A stretch of DNA of 64,000 nt from Phoronis australis. Taxonomy: Eukaryota > Animalia > Phoronida. A program made the translations under genes and the position numbers. How positions within the stretch are numbered: the stretch's first letter is position 1; the number at the start of each line of letters is the position of its first letter. The notes under the pieces were generated by a model. It worked only from the letters and a program-made list of their open reading frames with translations, was not told the DNA's origin and ran no database searches. Below, in pieces: positions 35,950 to 49,619 of the stretch. The stretch is taken from positions 1,212,838 to 1,276,837 of the forward strand of contig NMRA01000014.1 in the NCBI GenBank assembly GCA_002633005.1, in the 5' to 3' direction.

Positions 35950-37926
35950 CTTGCAACCCTTCCTGCAATTTACAAGCACAGGTGTAATAGTAAGCACATG
36001 CTTTTTATTTTTACCTTTTTAACAATACGTTAAAATTATTAAATTACACACAGATACAGCATTACACGTCTTCATTATTTAAGTTGAACTTCATTGTTAC
36101 ACGATGTGAACAAATTATGGATTTCACTCCGTCACACTACTGTACAAAACATGTTTTCAAAGGCTAAAACTTTCATTGGCTTTTACTACACATCATTTGC
36201 GAGTGCACATCGAGCATGCTGACAAACAGCTTGCGATAGCATTGTGATGGTTGTCCATTTTTTATGTCTTTCCACAATATAAGTGTTGATATGTTCATTC
36301 CAAGCATCTAGAAAGTTTTTCAAAAACTCAATGTTATGAATAAAAAACCAATATGTGGCCAAGTAAACGAGTAATAGACGTGTGATTGAAAGCCCAAATG
36401 CAGCCTCCTTGCATGAATTACTTGGAGGACTTGATCATTTAAGAAAACAATTATTGACTCACACTCGGTATTAAATAGGTTGGTTTTCGGACCTAAAAAT
36501 GCAAATGACCGAGGTAGAGCTCCGACTCCGTCATTATCATATTTTGGGAGGCTGAAAATTTGCATATTGACCTCGGTAAAAGTCAATAACCGCGTATCAA
36601 TTTTTAGGTAATAAGAAATCAATGAAATAATTTTGTTTGGAGAACCAATAATTTTAAGATTACACGTTCAACGCTCCAAGAGTAGACCTTGATAACATTA
36701 ATTGACTGTCTGTTGATGAGGCTATAAAAATATAACTTTGGGTAGATTACAACTGATCCCGATGTTCACAAATGTGTAGGAAGATTAATGTTAAACTGGA
36801 AGCCTACTTTTAACTAGGCAGTCACTGTTTACGTTTCCGGATCTGTGCTACATGCCAGTGGGTACTCCTGCCCTCAGGTCTGCTAAAACTAAAAGGGATC
36901 ACTTTTTATAAAAAGTAGAGCACTTTGCAAAAAAACAAAGATTTTCAATCATTTGTTGAAACCTGGAATAGTATAAAGAAGTGTTACGGCATTTCAATTT
37001 TTTTTCGCACAAAAATCAATAATTGCAGGTTTCCATTTTTCAGAGGCAGACTGCAACGATTACTTTATGTTATTTTTTGACGACTACACTGTACAATAGG
37101 GTAAGCAGAAGGTCTTGGGGTCATTAGGTCATGTGATGTGGCCAACAGGTGGCGTGCAGACCAGACTTAAAAGTGTTTGATACACAGTACAGAGCTGAAG
37201 ATTTTTGATAAGAAATTTGACAAAATACAATTCCATGTATTGTGGGCTAAATGAGTGAAGAATAGTGTGAAGGAGTCTCAAGTTTTCTGCTGGGTATGTG
37301 TAGTGCATGCATTATAGTAAAGCAGTAGGTAAACTCGCCAATTTCTACATTGTGTTCTGTGTGGACCTGACAATACTACACAAAGTAACTGGCAAAAAGG
37401 ACACTTGATGATCAATTTATGCAACCTGTATGTGAATACTGCCGAATTGTTCACATACAGAAATTTTCAGAACATTCTTGAAGTTCGCTTTCATCTCTCA
37501 GACCTCGGCCAAACTGGTAAACCATGGTACTCACTGAGATTAATAATTTGTGATTTTAATTGAATTCCGACTACAATAGTTAAAATATTTTTTCTGTCTA
37601 TCAAGAACTAACAGTATCAGTATTGACTCTGGACTGGACTTCGTTAATATGGCTAACCTCAAAAATTACAGTGCTTTTACTGATCCGAATTTTTAAATGC
37701 TTTCCAAAATTGATTGTACATAGTTGGCTATCCTAAATATTTTGGGAAGGGCTAGATTGCAACCTCTTGTCCAAGAACCAATATGAGAGGTGGTAGTGGA
37801 GGAAAAGGGTTCCTAGCTTTAATAAATCTAGTCGACATCTCTGAAAAATGTTGCTTTCAAAAAGTGTAACTCTCCCTTCCACCATTAACTGTACCTCGGA
37901 CATATATGTTATTTGTGCATGAGTAC

Positions 37927-38415
37927 ACTCCAGTCACACGGCAAATCATGTGACTTTCAAAAATGGACAGTGATTGGACGCTTGACCGAACTTAACGCAT
38001 ATGCAAATAACAATATGAGAATACCTGTAGAATGAGTAGTCATGTAGACAGTACTCAGTAATTATTTTTGATTGAACAATGAGACTGTCCTTTCTGTTAA
38101 AAAATACTTGTTTAGGCAACTTGTTTTTTTCCTTATACTGCATGGGTGCAGAAGGGATTTCTACTACTGAGGACAACAAAAGTCGAGAAAACCGGTATAT
38201 CAGCATATCAGGCAGGAGATTACGGGGTAAGAAGTATGCAAAATTCGGGCACAAGAAGAGTGAATTGGACAGCACAGCATATCCAATGGAAAAAATATGG
38301 GGAATGACATTGGGAGTGTCGCTTCAACAGCTCCCGAAATACACAGAATTTGAAAGAAAAATGACAAATATAAACCAATCACTGTCATTGGGAGTATTTT
38401 ATTAGTGACTGGAGT
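37927..38415. mobile_element. Possible MITE
   Basis: 11-bp inverted ends ACTCCAGTCAC / GTGACTGGAGT. Confidence 0.4.
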
Positions 38416-39099
38416 TTCTGTAGCGTCAGCGGCAGGGGGTACAGGTGGGGGAGGGAATCTTTCCGTACTTCACATGTCTCCCCCCCCCCCAAGCCCAACT
38501 CAAGTGGTCCAAGCAACTGAGATATGTCTGGACCCCTCTCTTGATGACACCGGAGTGTTTGCATCTAATGAGATTTTATGAGTTTCTTTCACCTTCAGAA
38601 TGCACCCCCAGAGTTTGGTTGTCACTTCAGAATGATTTCAGCAAGAGCTCCCCAAGTAGTGTGGCTGACGGTAGGATTCCATCTCGTGCAAAGCTGCCAA
38701 GGATTGACAACCCTGACAACACTACGCTACAGCTCAGATGGTTTTTGACACAAGGCAACCTAGGAACTGCCGTGTGTTAACTTCTCACAGTGCTCGAAGT
38801 TTATACAGCTTTGCACTAAGGGTGAAAATAGGCTTACTATTTTAAGAACCATTTCATACAACTGTCGAACTGAACCATTCTGTAAATTCCGACAGTGCAA
38901 ACTGTAAACAAACCTGTGTGCATGTGGTGTTGTGAGTGGTCGATAGATGGCACTTTCTAGCAACATTTTGAAAAATTACACGAATTGTTAAAATCCTTCG
39001 CTGTTATGTTCTGCGTTCATAGATAAAAATATAAATCACTTTATTTCCTAGAAGTAGTGAAAAATCAAAGAGAAACTATAACCGAGGTCAGTTCGCGGT

Positions 39100-39244
39100 C
39101 AAGTGAAGTTTTCATAACAACAAATAGATGGCGATAGTTGTCAACACTGCATTTTCTATCCCACAATGCACCCGGTTTGTTCAAGAAATAGAAAAGACGA
39201 GAAAGCAATCGACAAATATTAGACAAATTGAAGATCGCTAGTAG
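39100..39244 (+). promoter_or_regulatory. Probable promoter / non-coding first exon of the ZNF800-like gene
   Basis: RFX-like GTTTTCATAACAAC, AGATGGCG and ZNF143/SBS-like TCCCACAATGCAC motifs, followed by candidate donor TAG|GTATTT at 39244. Confidence 0.35.
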
Positions 39245-39769
39245 GTATTTTTTATATGACGTATAATAGGAGCATTACTACTACTTAGAATACAAACTTT
39301 GGAGTACTTCTGGTCATGAAATACTTCGTAATAACGAGGTAAACGTATTCTAAGTTCTGGCTTTTGTTTCGGCCAATGGCTGTCCGATTGCGACTGACTA
39401 AGACCTCAATTGCGACCAGATTGTGATCGAACTAAATACAAGTTTCATAAATTCTGATGACGATTTCAATCTACTTGTAGTTTAACGAGCATTGTTTGTA
39501 AATTTTAATTGTAATTACTCACGAAAGAATACCAGATATATCATTATCCTTGACTTTTTATTTCAAATTTGTTTCACTGACAACTTGACAGTGACAACTG
39601 CGAGTTGGGCGTGTGCGCTTCGAAGTTATGTTATTATACTAAAATTTAGTAGCATACTTTTTAAGAAAAATTTCAACTTTGTTTCCATAACTTGAGGAAA
39701 TAACACATCTGTTGCAGCAATTGCCATTTGCCTGGCTAGGCTAGTCCCTGGCTTAGTTGGCTCTTCAAG

Positions 39770-42700
39770 ATGTCGGGCAATTCTAAAGATAAAGGTGAAA
39801 AAAAGAAGTTGAAGAAGGACCAAGATGTGTCTGATTACTCATTGTTGAGACCATCTATTGAACTAGGGATCTCTGGAGTACAACAGGTATATTAAATATT
39901 TCATATGTAGTCAAAATTGAGGGTTTGACACTTAATTAGCATAAGCTGAATGTTACTGAGCAAAATTCCTAGATCACCAAATGGAAACTGAGGTTGTTGA
40001 ACCCTAGATGTTGGCAAGAGCGGAAATTAAATTAATGATATTTCTGAAGTGAAAAGCTGTCAAACTGGGCAAATATGTACCAGTACGCACAAGATTACGG
40101 AATCTTTTGTTTTTTTGTTTTTTATTTGAACAGAAAATTAAGAGTGTCCTGTATGCTTGTTGATGATCAATTTCCCCAATATCTTGTCCACTTCCGGGGG
40201 CAAACTAACATGATGTCAATCTGCATCTGGTCAATTCCTCTAGTATTTTGAGTGTGTGCACACTTATATGGTGTGGCGACGTGGGATTTTTACCAGGTCT
40301 CCATACAAAATCTAAGGTTCCATAATTGGCAACCTGCAGGTCACCAAATCAAGCCCTTATGTAGTACCACTGGCCATATGGGTGTATGGTAAAAAAATCT
40401 TCATTCTGGTGTGGTCTGAAATTTGGACACTGAAATTTAAGAGGAAATTATTTTTTTTGTTTTGAAGATTGGGCATTCAACATATTTCTTAACTGTCGGA
40501 CCCTATTAGTACGTTTTGTATCAGCAGAGTCTGAAAATAAAAACAGTTCATAGGATTATCGAAAGTAGTTGCCGACGCCACATTTTCTTGTGTCTCTGAT
40601 GGCCATGGTGTGGAACATTGAGATGATGAGTTGTTAATAGAAATTCTTGAATTTGGGACAATGAGCCAGTATCACCAGCACATCCTAATCAAGACTGTGC
40701 TGGAAGGTTTATCTGCAAAGTTTGCTTAAGCCTGGCTAACCTATCCAAGTTACGTTACTATATATACCTTTTGAGTGTAGATGGATATGTTTAGATGCAG
40801 TTGGAATCTATAAATCCTTCCAACTCAAACAAATAATTCCGTAATCAACATTTTTTTTCAAAAAGACATTTCTTATGATTTTGAAGACTGGGCGTCCATC
40901 ATTACGTCAATGTACTCGAGGACAAACTGAAACGTACAAAGAGTTATGGGGGGTCACCCATCTGTCCTGCTTCACCTTGGATTGCAGACAAGCATCTCAT
41001 ACACCTTGCTTAGATCTTGCATCTGACCTTGACCTTTGAAAAATAGTGGTTCAATATCACTTTGTTTGTAATGGTTGGGAGTAGAAACTGTCGCTGGACC
41101 TGAGCTCTAATTTGTAATGAGACTCTGAAATTGACCAGTTTCTCTAGACACTTTGATATAATTGTATTTGAATGAATAATGCAACATGATTGATTAAGTT
41201 TCAAGTCTTAAATCTAAGTCGAGTCCGAGTTTGGAGACTGTATCCTGGATCTTGCAGTGTGTGACAGAGTTGTTTGAAGTTCAGAATACCTGTATCCTTT
41301 GTTAGATTTTATTTACAATGTGCAAAATGTAATTACGGTAGCTCTTAATATTCTGCTTACAAGAGATCATAACAGAATGCTGTCCGTAGGCATCAGCTTT
41401 GTGAAAATTCTGAAACTATTTGAAATATTAGTTGGCATGAATGTATATGAGTGTGTTTTTCCTTGCAATGGCTCACAAGTTATTATTACGCAGACGTATC
41501 AAATGTTAAGTCGGCCATTTTTATAGATGGAGCTGCTATTAAAATTTGCCGTCTTTGTTTTGAATTGAGTATTGATAACTTCTCATACTTCTAGTCAGCA
41601 GTTACTCCAACAAAACATTACTTCCGCATCTTGTCGCGGGATTCCACAGTCAGTTGTTATCTCCAATTATACAGAACTCAAAAGGGTTCATGAAGGGCAT
41701 TTCCTGGTATTTCATGAATATACTTTAACCTATGAATTTATGTTATTTTTAAAGTGGTTTAAACACAAGACCTGCTGGTAAAAATCTGCAATCCGTACTG
41801 GGTACATTTTGCCGCTGATCGACAAATTCCTACAAAGTGGTTTAGGTTCTTGATTATGTTTCTTTATTTGAGAGGTCGTTACCTACCGTAAAAGCAGCTG
41901 GCTTTAAAAAGTAATTTGTGGTTTTTGACGACCTGTTTCAGTTCGTCATATGTCAGCCATATGTGTGAGAAATCCTGATTTCAAAAATGGCTATTTTCAT
42001 CCCCGCCATCAACAAGTGAAGTTGTGTAATCATCCCTCAAAATCGTCACTTTGTTAATGCTTTTGCCAAGTGACCAATAAAGATAAAAATGAAAGTACAT
42101 GGCAAATGACCCACTTGTTTTCATTTTACCTACCCAAGAAATCTTGCTTAAATTTTTTCGGTCTTTTTTCTCAAAAGAAAGATGTGTTTTAAAACGCAGT
42201 GTTTTGCATCTATTAACATTTCACAAGCAGAATTTGAAAGAATTCCGTGAGTGTGCATGTTCCTACCCATGCCTGAGACAGCGACACGTAAATCACCACA
42301 GCCTGACTATATCTTTAGGTAATGCTTAACATGTGTTCTGTTTTTGCCATCTTTCAATAATATTGTTTTTGGGGCTTATGAGCAGTTCAAGCACATGTAA
42401 CATCAGTGATATAATCTTATTACTAGATCTCTTGTTGTGACATCAGCAAAAGGCAAATTGAGTATTTATTTCATTTACATTGTATGAGAGAAAGAATACT
42501 GATAGTAGTCTGTGCAGGGTGTTTGTACTAGCACTAAGTCACCTTTCTCAATTTTGTGGTTCTGTGTTATGTAGTTGTCATACAATAAGTCAGATCTCAG
42601 GGGAGAGATCTGCATGCAATGAGCCTGTTCTGCTTCTTGTGCTTGTATTTTGCCTTATCTGTCTGGTTGAATCTGACGCCTGTGAGTTTTATTGCAGATC

Positions 42701-45700
42701 ATGAACTGTACGCATGTTACCCCTGAAGACTTGTACCCCTTCCCTTGTTGTAGATCGTCAACTGTATGTCTATTGCTACCTGTGAAGTCAAGGAGCTGCT
42801 TCAAAATGAGTGTGATGTTATCTTCGAGTGCAAAGTCTGCCGCAACTTATTTCGCGCTCTACCAAACTTCATGGCGCACAAGCGGGTCTATTGCAGAGAC
42901 GTGCACCGGTTTGTGCGGGTATGTTGAATATTCATTAGCTGCAGAAACTGTTAGTCATACAGTAACTGTCAGTCATACAGTAACTGTCAGTCATACAGTA
43001 TTAGTGTTAGTCATACAGTAACTGTTAGTCATACAGTTTGCTCCTAGCAGTTAAATGCTGCATTGTGCCCTGTTGAGCTGGTTAAGAAAATGGAATTTGA
43101 ATTAAAGGTCTTTTAAATTCTCATAATTGGTCTTGTGTTATTATTGGTCTCATGGTCTTCCTTGCTGTGATAAGATTCTATTTCCATTACCAACAACATC
43201 ATCAAGATAGGATGAGCGTGATAAAGTTTTAAACCCCAAAGCGATTCGATTAAGAATTCAAAGGGCAAATTGCAGCTTTGATATTATTGTTCATTAATTA
43301 CTAAACACTGTGGGTGGTTCATATGACTGCAGATGGAGTTCACAGTTGTCAAGACCTTGTTGTACATGATTTCAATGGTTATTAGGGTGTTTAAACATCA
43401 GTACCTTATGGGTAATCCGAACAAAATTACAGACGAAAATTCCATAAAAGTTTGCCCTGGTCAAGATCTACAGCTGTTTTAGATAAATTAGCCACTAAGT
43501 GAGATTCATTGAGAAATGATTGAATGACGAGGCTGTCTATTGGACTACGCGTGTTTGATAGGGGTGATTAACTTGCCAGTGGGAAAACATTAAACACTGT
43601 AATGAACGTGCAATATCTGAATCATTAAGTAAAATTGTTGTACAGAAAAGTGTATGGTTCTCTAGTAGCCTTTCATTAACATAAACAATTAAAAACAACT
43701 GTATGTTCTGTTGGATAGCTTCACAGACACTCTCTCATATCATTCTCTGTACCGTTTTCACTCATCAGGTGGTACAGTTATGAAGTAATTTGCCCATAGT
43801 GTTATACAAGGAACTGCAGTCATTGAAATAGACAGGAATAGTCGATTTTATGATTTTGGCCGAGGTACGCACCTGAGTTCAAAAAAACTTGAAAGGAAGA
43901 AAACATTACACTATGTTATATATTACTAATTTGTTACATATTTTCATGTGTTAGAACTAAATGAACCGTTTGAAGTAGTATTTAACTATAGCTGTACTAT
44001 TCTGGAATGCAATATCCAATGTGAATGTTGAAAAAAAGAAACACAGTTGTAATAACGATTTTGTGTTCTTCTCATGTCGTTAGTGATGGAATTAGGTGTT
44101 GTCAAATTTCCCCAGTTCAGCAGTTCTAAAGACTTCAGCTCAACGGGTCTAATCTTGGTTTTGCGTTTTTGAATGTTAACTTGATCTGGAACTTAGTACA
44201 CTATCACAAGTTACCTGACACACCTAGCCATACAGTCGTTAACAGACTTTCTTTGTGTTGGTCAAGACAGAATTATTATACTAGTATGTGTATTTGATTG
44301 GTAAAAAAATTCATTAGAATGTTTCAGTTTTGAAATTTTGAAGAAAAGTATACTTAATAATAGTGGTGGTCTGTGGCTTTGTTTAATTTTTGTTTTTTAA
44401 ATTTAAAATTCACTCCCTGAGCTCTTGTATGAATGTTTAATGCAGTTTTGATAAATTCTTTGCCAATTTGCTCAATTGCCATTATTTTGCCATAAGATAA
44501 TTAAACCATTCACACGGAAATGCCGGTAAATGAAGGGAATGTGTTTTGTCTCCGTCAACTCGACCTGTCTTGCACACCAGAATTAGAAATTGGCCCGTGC
44601 TTGAGAAAGACAGATAATTGTATGTCAGATGTTTGGATCATACTGATTAGTGAAGTATATCTCAAATAACCCAAAACTGAATCAATTAGATTTTTAAAGA
44701 AATGTTTTTACCTGGAATTATAAGCTGCTGAAAATAAATAAGACTTATCTCCCCTGTTTGCACTTGATTAACTCCGCTAATTGTGCATCACTAATTGACA
44801 AGATTTTGTATAGATATGCACAGTATTTGGATAAACAACTTAATTATTGGAAGATTCTGACAACAAATGTAAAATTGAAGAATATAGACCCGGTCAACAG
44901 TGTTGGGAAGAATGTATTTTGGCTGATCTTCTGTGGAAGGCTGCAGTGGTAGTGTCAACCATTACCAGCCTACTAATTATTGGCTTCTTGTAGCGAATTT
45001 CCCATAGGTTTTGTCAAAGTTTATTTACATTCTAGTCCAAAATATTTTTGTCATTATAGTGACTTGGACAAACATGTAATTAAGAATTGAAAGGTACTAG
45101 TCAGCCGCTGTGAAATTTTTTCAAAAATCAGTTATTCGTGTTGTATATTATACCACTCGTAACATTGTCTTAAAACTATAAATTATATGGCAAATAATGT
45201 GAATTGTTTAGGATGACTTCAATTGATTCCAATTAAGTGACAAATCTTTAATCAGCTATTTTAAGGTCTTCTCATTTTCGATGCTTTTGTCTTGAACTTC
45301 TGATCAGTTAATTTATAGTGCACACTTATTTTTGGTCCATGACAAGGATCCGTGTTCAAATTTTTGATTTTCCTGCGAACAATGGAGATTTTGGCTGTCA
45401 AAAATCAAAGAGTCGCTCAGGTGTCTTAAAAAGGGACTATCTCTGTTGTTTGAGAATAAATATAAAATGTGAGACACGGTTCCCTCTATGTGTACAGTTA
45501 GGACATATGGTTCAAACACATAATCGCTGACAGTTTTGGTTTTTTAGAAATACACATTCGAAGCAGAAAATGAATCTGACAATTTTCATTATAAAGTCCA
45601 GCCATTAGATTATAAATGATTGTGTGACAATTAAATGCAGAAATTAAGATTTTTCAGTTTTAAAGGATCACAAAATGTACCGTAATGGTTTGAAAGTGGA

Positions 45701-48700
45701 CATTGTATCAAAAAGTTGTTTGATGAAGCATGAAAGGATTTCATGAAGTTTTACAATTACCAAATGATATAGACTGTTTAAAGGAAGTTGTGGAAGTTTT
45801 TTTTGAAGTTTTTGATGAGAAGATAAGCTTGTTATCATTGCTAAACGTATCAGTTTCCTGAGCTTCTGGGCTGAACCAATGAGAACTGATAATGAGACTA
45901 AAAACTGGAACCAAGCTGATCGAACTGAAAACTTTCAGACTCAATGCAGCGCTAAGTGAAATTCTCATCACCAAAGCCAACAATAGAGGCCGTTGTGTAG
46001 CCTACCAAACTATAGATTTTTTGGTGTACTTATATATTGATCATCTCAATCCTCTGATGATTGTCTCGGATTTATGTTCAGTTGGACTACGGTTGGACTA
46101 GCACTGATCATGTGACCATATGAAATTCAGTGGATTTTGAAATGACAAAGTTTATGTGAGTTGTGAATCAAACCACTTGCACCCTGAAACTAATGTCAAA
46201 AAATGTTTTTTCTTGATTTTGCATAGTCATGTTTATTGTATTTGATTGTGTCATGCTGTCTATTTTGCATAGTCAGGTTTAATGTATTTGATTGTGTCAT
46301 GCTGTCTGTTTTCCAGGCACTTTATACATCACCATCTGAAGTGACAGAGCAAGTGGTTGTCTTGCAGCCAGAGACACCTGGTGACTTGCAAGGAGTATCG
46401 TCAACCAATGGAGTGGTGAGCGAGTCAGCTGCAATATCAAATGAAGGATCTTCCCAGTCATTGAAGTCGACTCTCGATGCTGCTCTTCATAAACTAGAGC
46501 TCCAAAAGCGAGACTCCACCTTGCAGACTCAGCTGACTCTTTCAGCAATTGAGGGCAATGGAAATGCTGTATTTCAATCTGTTAATAACAGATACACCAA
46601 CGGGCACACTGACTCCGATGATGGTGGAAGTCGTGATTCTCGGCCAGGCTGTCATGACAAGACAGATGTAGAAGAAGACAAGTCAGTATGTATTGTAAAC
46701 CCTGAGGCTGGTGATGGTTATGTTAGGATGAACCTTCGACAGAGAGGCAAGAAAGATCAAGATGAGAGTTCGGAAACAAGTGAAAAGAATGAGAGAGTAA
46801 CGAAACGGAAGAGGGACGAGAGGAGAGAAAATGGAGACGACGTGAAGGATGGAGAAGGCCATCCAATGCGTAAGAGTCGCAGGTTTCAGACTGTTACTGT
46901 ACAAATTGATGGCAATTCTCCTGGTAAAATCCACGTTGATGGCTCTGGGTCTGCTCCTAGTCCTCCAGCACTTAGGATACTGAGACAGCATGACAAGATG
47001 TCTTTAAAGGAGCAGCTGAGGACAGTGTCAGACTGTGATGTCAACGCCCTCAAGTGTCGGAAGTGTAATGTACAGTACAGCTCTGTCAAGATGTTACACT
47101 CTCATATGATGTCCTCTCACTCTGTCAAGCAGCCTTTCTATCCATGTATATACTGCTCATCTGTGTTTGCCCAGCTGTGGGGAGTCATGCGACACCTGCA
47201 GAGGACACACCGCAAGACCAAAGAGCAGGCAGAACGGTTGACGGAAACGCTGAAGAAGAGGTGTGTGTATAAGTCTGCTGGAGAGGTGGGTGAGTATCAT
47301 TCACCATGCAAAGTAAAGGAGGAAGTGACGTCAGTACCAGCGGACATTGTCAACAAAAACCAGGAATGCAAAGTTATTCTTACCCAGCAAAATGTTATCA
47401 AAGGCAAAAAGACAAAACAGAGAAAACAGTTGTCACCAGAACCTGTTAAGGTCAGTCGGCGCAGCGGAAACGTAAAGAAGACACAGTTTGAGTTGTTCAA
47501 GTGTAAGGAATGCAATAAAGTGTTTGGCAAGCAAAGTGCCTTAGAGAAACACGTGAAAACGTGTGTTAAAGTTAAGAGACAAGTCAAAGAGCAAACGGTA
47601 GGAAGATTAAGTGGTCACACTCCAGTCCGTGTTTTCTCATGCAATCGCTGTGAAAAATTGTTTGTTAAGGAGGAGACACTGAAGCGTCACTTTGAAGACT
47701 GCTGTCCTCCGGTTGAAGTGAAGGCAGCACCCACTCCAGCTCTGCTGGTGGCTAATGAAGCAGCCAAGCAAGGGGCCAATGAAAGCTTGGCAGGGGTGGA
47801 GCAATTCTCTTGTCAGCAGTGTAATAAAGTATTTGTGAAGAAAGAAAATTTAACTCGCCACATGGAGCTGTGCAATGCACCTAAGCTGAGGGTGAAGACA
47901 ACGTTAAAGGCTGGTGACGATGGATCTGGGAGGAGACCCAGAAGGTTGATAAGGGTGAAGCGACATGATGATGGTGAGATATACCAGCGACCTGGTGAAG
48001 TTCATGGGAGTGACAAATTCAGCGCTGACGTAATTAAGGCAAAGGAACTAAAGAACAAACGGGTGGAAAGGGAGAGTTGCTTGGCTGGCTTCAGTGAGCA
48101 AGACCTGCGCCAGATAGATGGCATGGTGAACATGGATACTTTGGTGTGTCTGCGGTGTAAACGACAATATGGCAGTATATCCAATCTGCGTCGCCATGCT
48201 GTGCGTCACCTTGGCTGGAAACGCTTCAAGTGTCGCTTGTGTAGCTTCACATCCTACAATAAATCAGAGTGTAGAAGTCATTTGCGTAAGATTCATAGTA
48301 GCAAACTGCATCGTGAGGCAGACCCTGTCAAGTACATAATTGACCTTGATGGTGAAGCTGATGGTGGAATGACCTTTGACTCCAGTGATCAAGTGGGTCC
48401 TGGAGTGAATGTCATGAATATTGATAAGGTCAAGCTAGGCAGGTCAGAACATACAAGATCAACCAGGAGCAACCCTCACGTGTCTCCAGAGAAAACAAAA
48501 AGCAGAGGTCAAGTGGATGTCATGCAAGTCTTGTCTACTCGCTCTGGTGTGTACTTGAAACAGGCTATCAAAAAAGGTGAGCCTTCTGAAGATGAGGTTG
48601 CAAAGCAGGCCGAAGTGTGCGTTCCAAAGTCTGATGTCAAATCTCCTGTGAGAGCAGATCGAGGTAATGTATTTGAAAATGTTGGGTTTATGCGCAAATG

Positions 48701-49619
48701 TGACCAAGCAGCTGCTTCAAGCAATGTTGCTAATGCTTTGGCCAGTGTGGACAGCCCGTCCAACCAAGTGACCAATCAACAGGTGAATGCAACATTGACC
48801 ACTGATTTACCTAAAAATACTAACAATGGACAGAAAACGAGTGATGTGTTGGATTTCAAGCACCAAGTTTTGATGAGTTATGACGAATCTCCTGGAACTG
48901 AGACGAAAGACCCTCCTGGTAGAGAGCGTGTTGATCAGTGCTGTTTTGATGAAAAAATGCAAGTGTTGTCATGTCTTAACAAGGCTGAAGGGGAGGCTAA
49001 TAAAGTGTCTCCTCCAGTTTTGGACATGGTTAGGGCTGTAAGTGGAGGTACTTTCGGTACAAGTGGCCAACAGAGTGAGGTACAAACAGACTGTAGTGTA
49101 GCCCAGGATATAGATGACCACCCACCTAACATAGTGGACGATGAATTTAGTGTGGCTAAAATAGCACTGCAGTCGACTGGAAATAGTATGCTAGCCTGTG
49201 GTGACTCTGTTGTTATCCGACTTGATCCCTCCATGTCGGATAACAGCTTCACGCATACTGCGCAAATCATGTACCCTGATATGCCAGACGATATCATGGA
49301 TACAGAGGGTAATGAGCAGAGCAGTGAAGGGGCCAATGAAGTGTCATTGGATGAGCCACACAATGAGTTATTAGGTGTCATTGAGTCAGTGACTGAGACG
49401 ACCAATGAGATACAAGCTACAGTATCTGAACCAGCCAATAATCTACAAGTTACCAGTGAGTCACTGGCTGTACCACCTACCAAGGAGGACTGTGCTGAGT
49501 CAAGTTTTGAAAGGAGCGATTTGAATGACTTCAAAAATGACCCGGTTTCTAATGTTCTAGACATCAACGTAAATAGTCAATCGAATGATGTTTTGTCAAT
49601 GATTGATTTTAGTTCATAA
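39770..49619 (+). CDS. ZNF800: ZNF800-like C2H2/C2HC zinc-finger protein, ~1194 aa. Coding exons 39770-39886, 42754-42918, 46317-49619
   Basis: Exon 1 (MSGNSKDK...DYSLLRPSIELGISGVQQ) and exon 2 (IVNCMSIATCEVKELLQNECDVIFECKVCRNLFRALPNFMAHKRVYC) match the ZNF800-family N-terminus (..[46 protein letters not shown]). Phase-0 GT-AG junctions lead into the 3.3-kb terminal exon, which has 7 more zinc fingers. Confidence 0.85.
42944..43037. repeat. 18-bp minisatellite just after the ZNF800-like exon 2 donor
   Basis: (AACTGTYAGTCATACAGT)n, about 5 copies. Confidence 0.85.

Noticed and set aside
41292-41300. U12-type donor-like GTATCCTTT
   Set aside because: It lies mid-intron with no supported upstream exon and no paired U12 branch site.
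48935-49567. 210-aa antisense ORF
   Set aside because: It is a shadow ORF opposite the low-complexity C-terminus of the zinc-finger exon.
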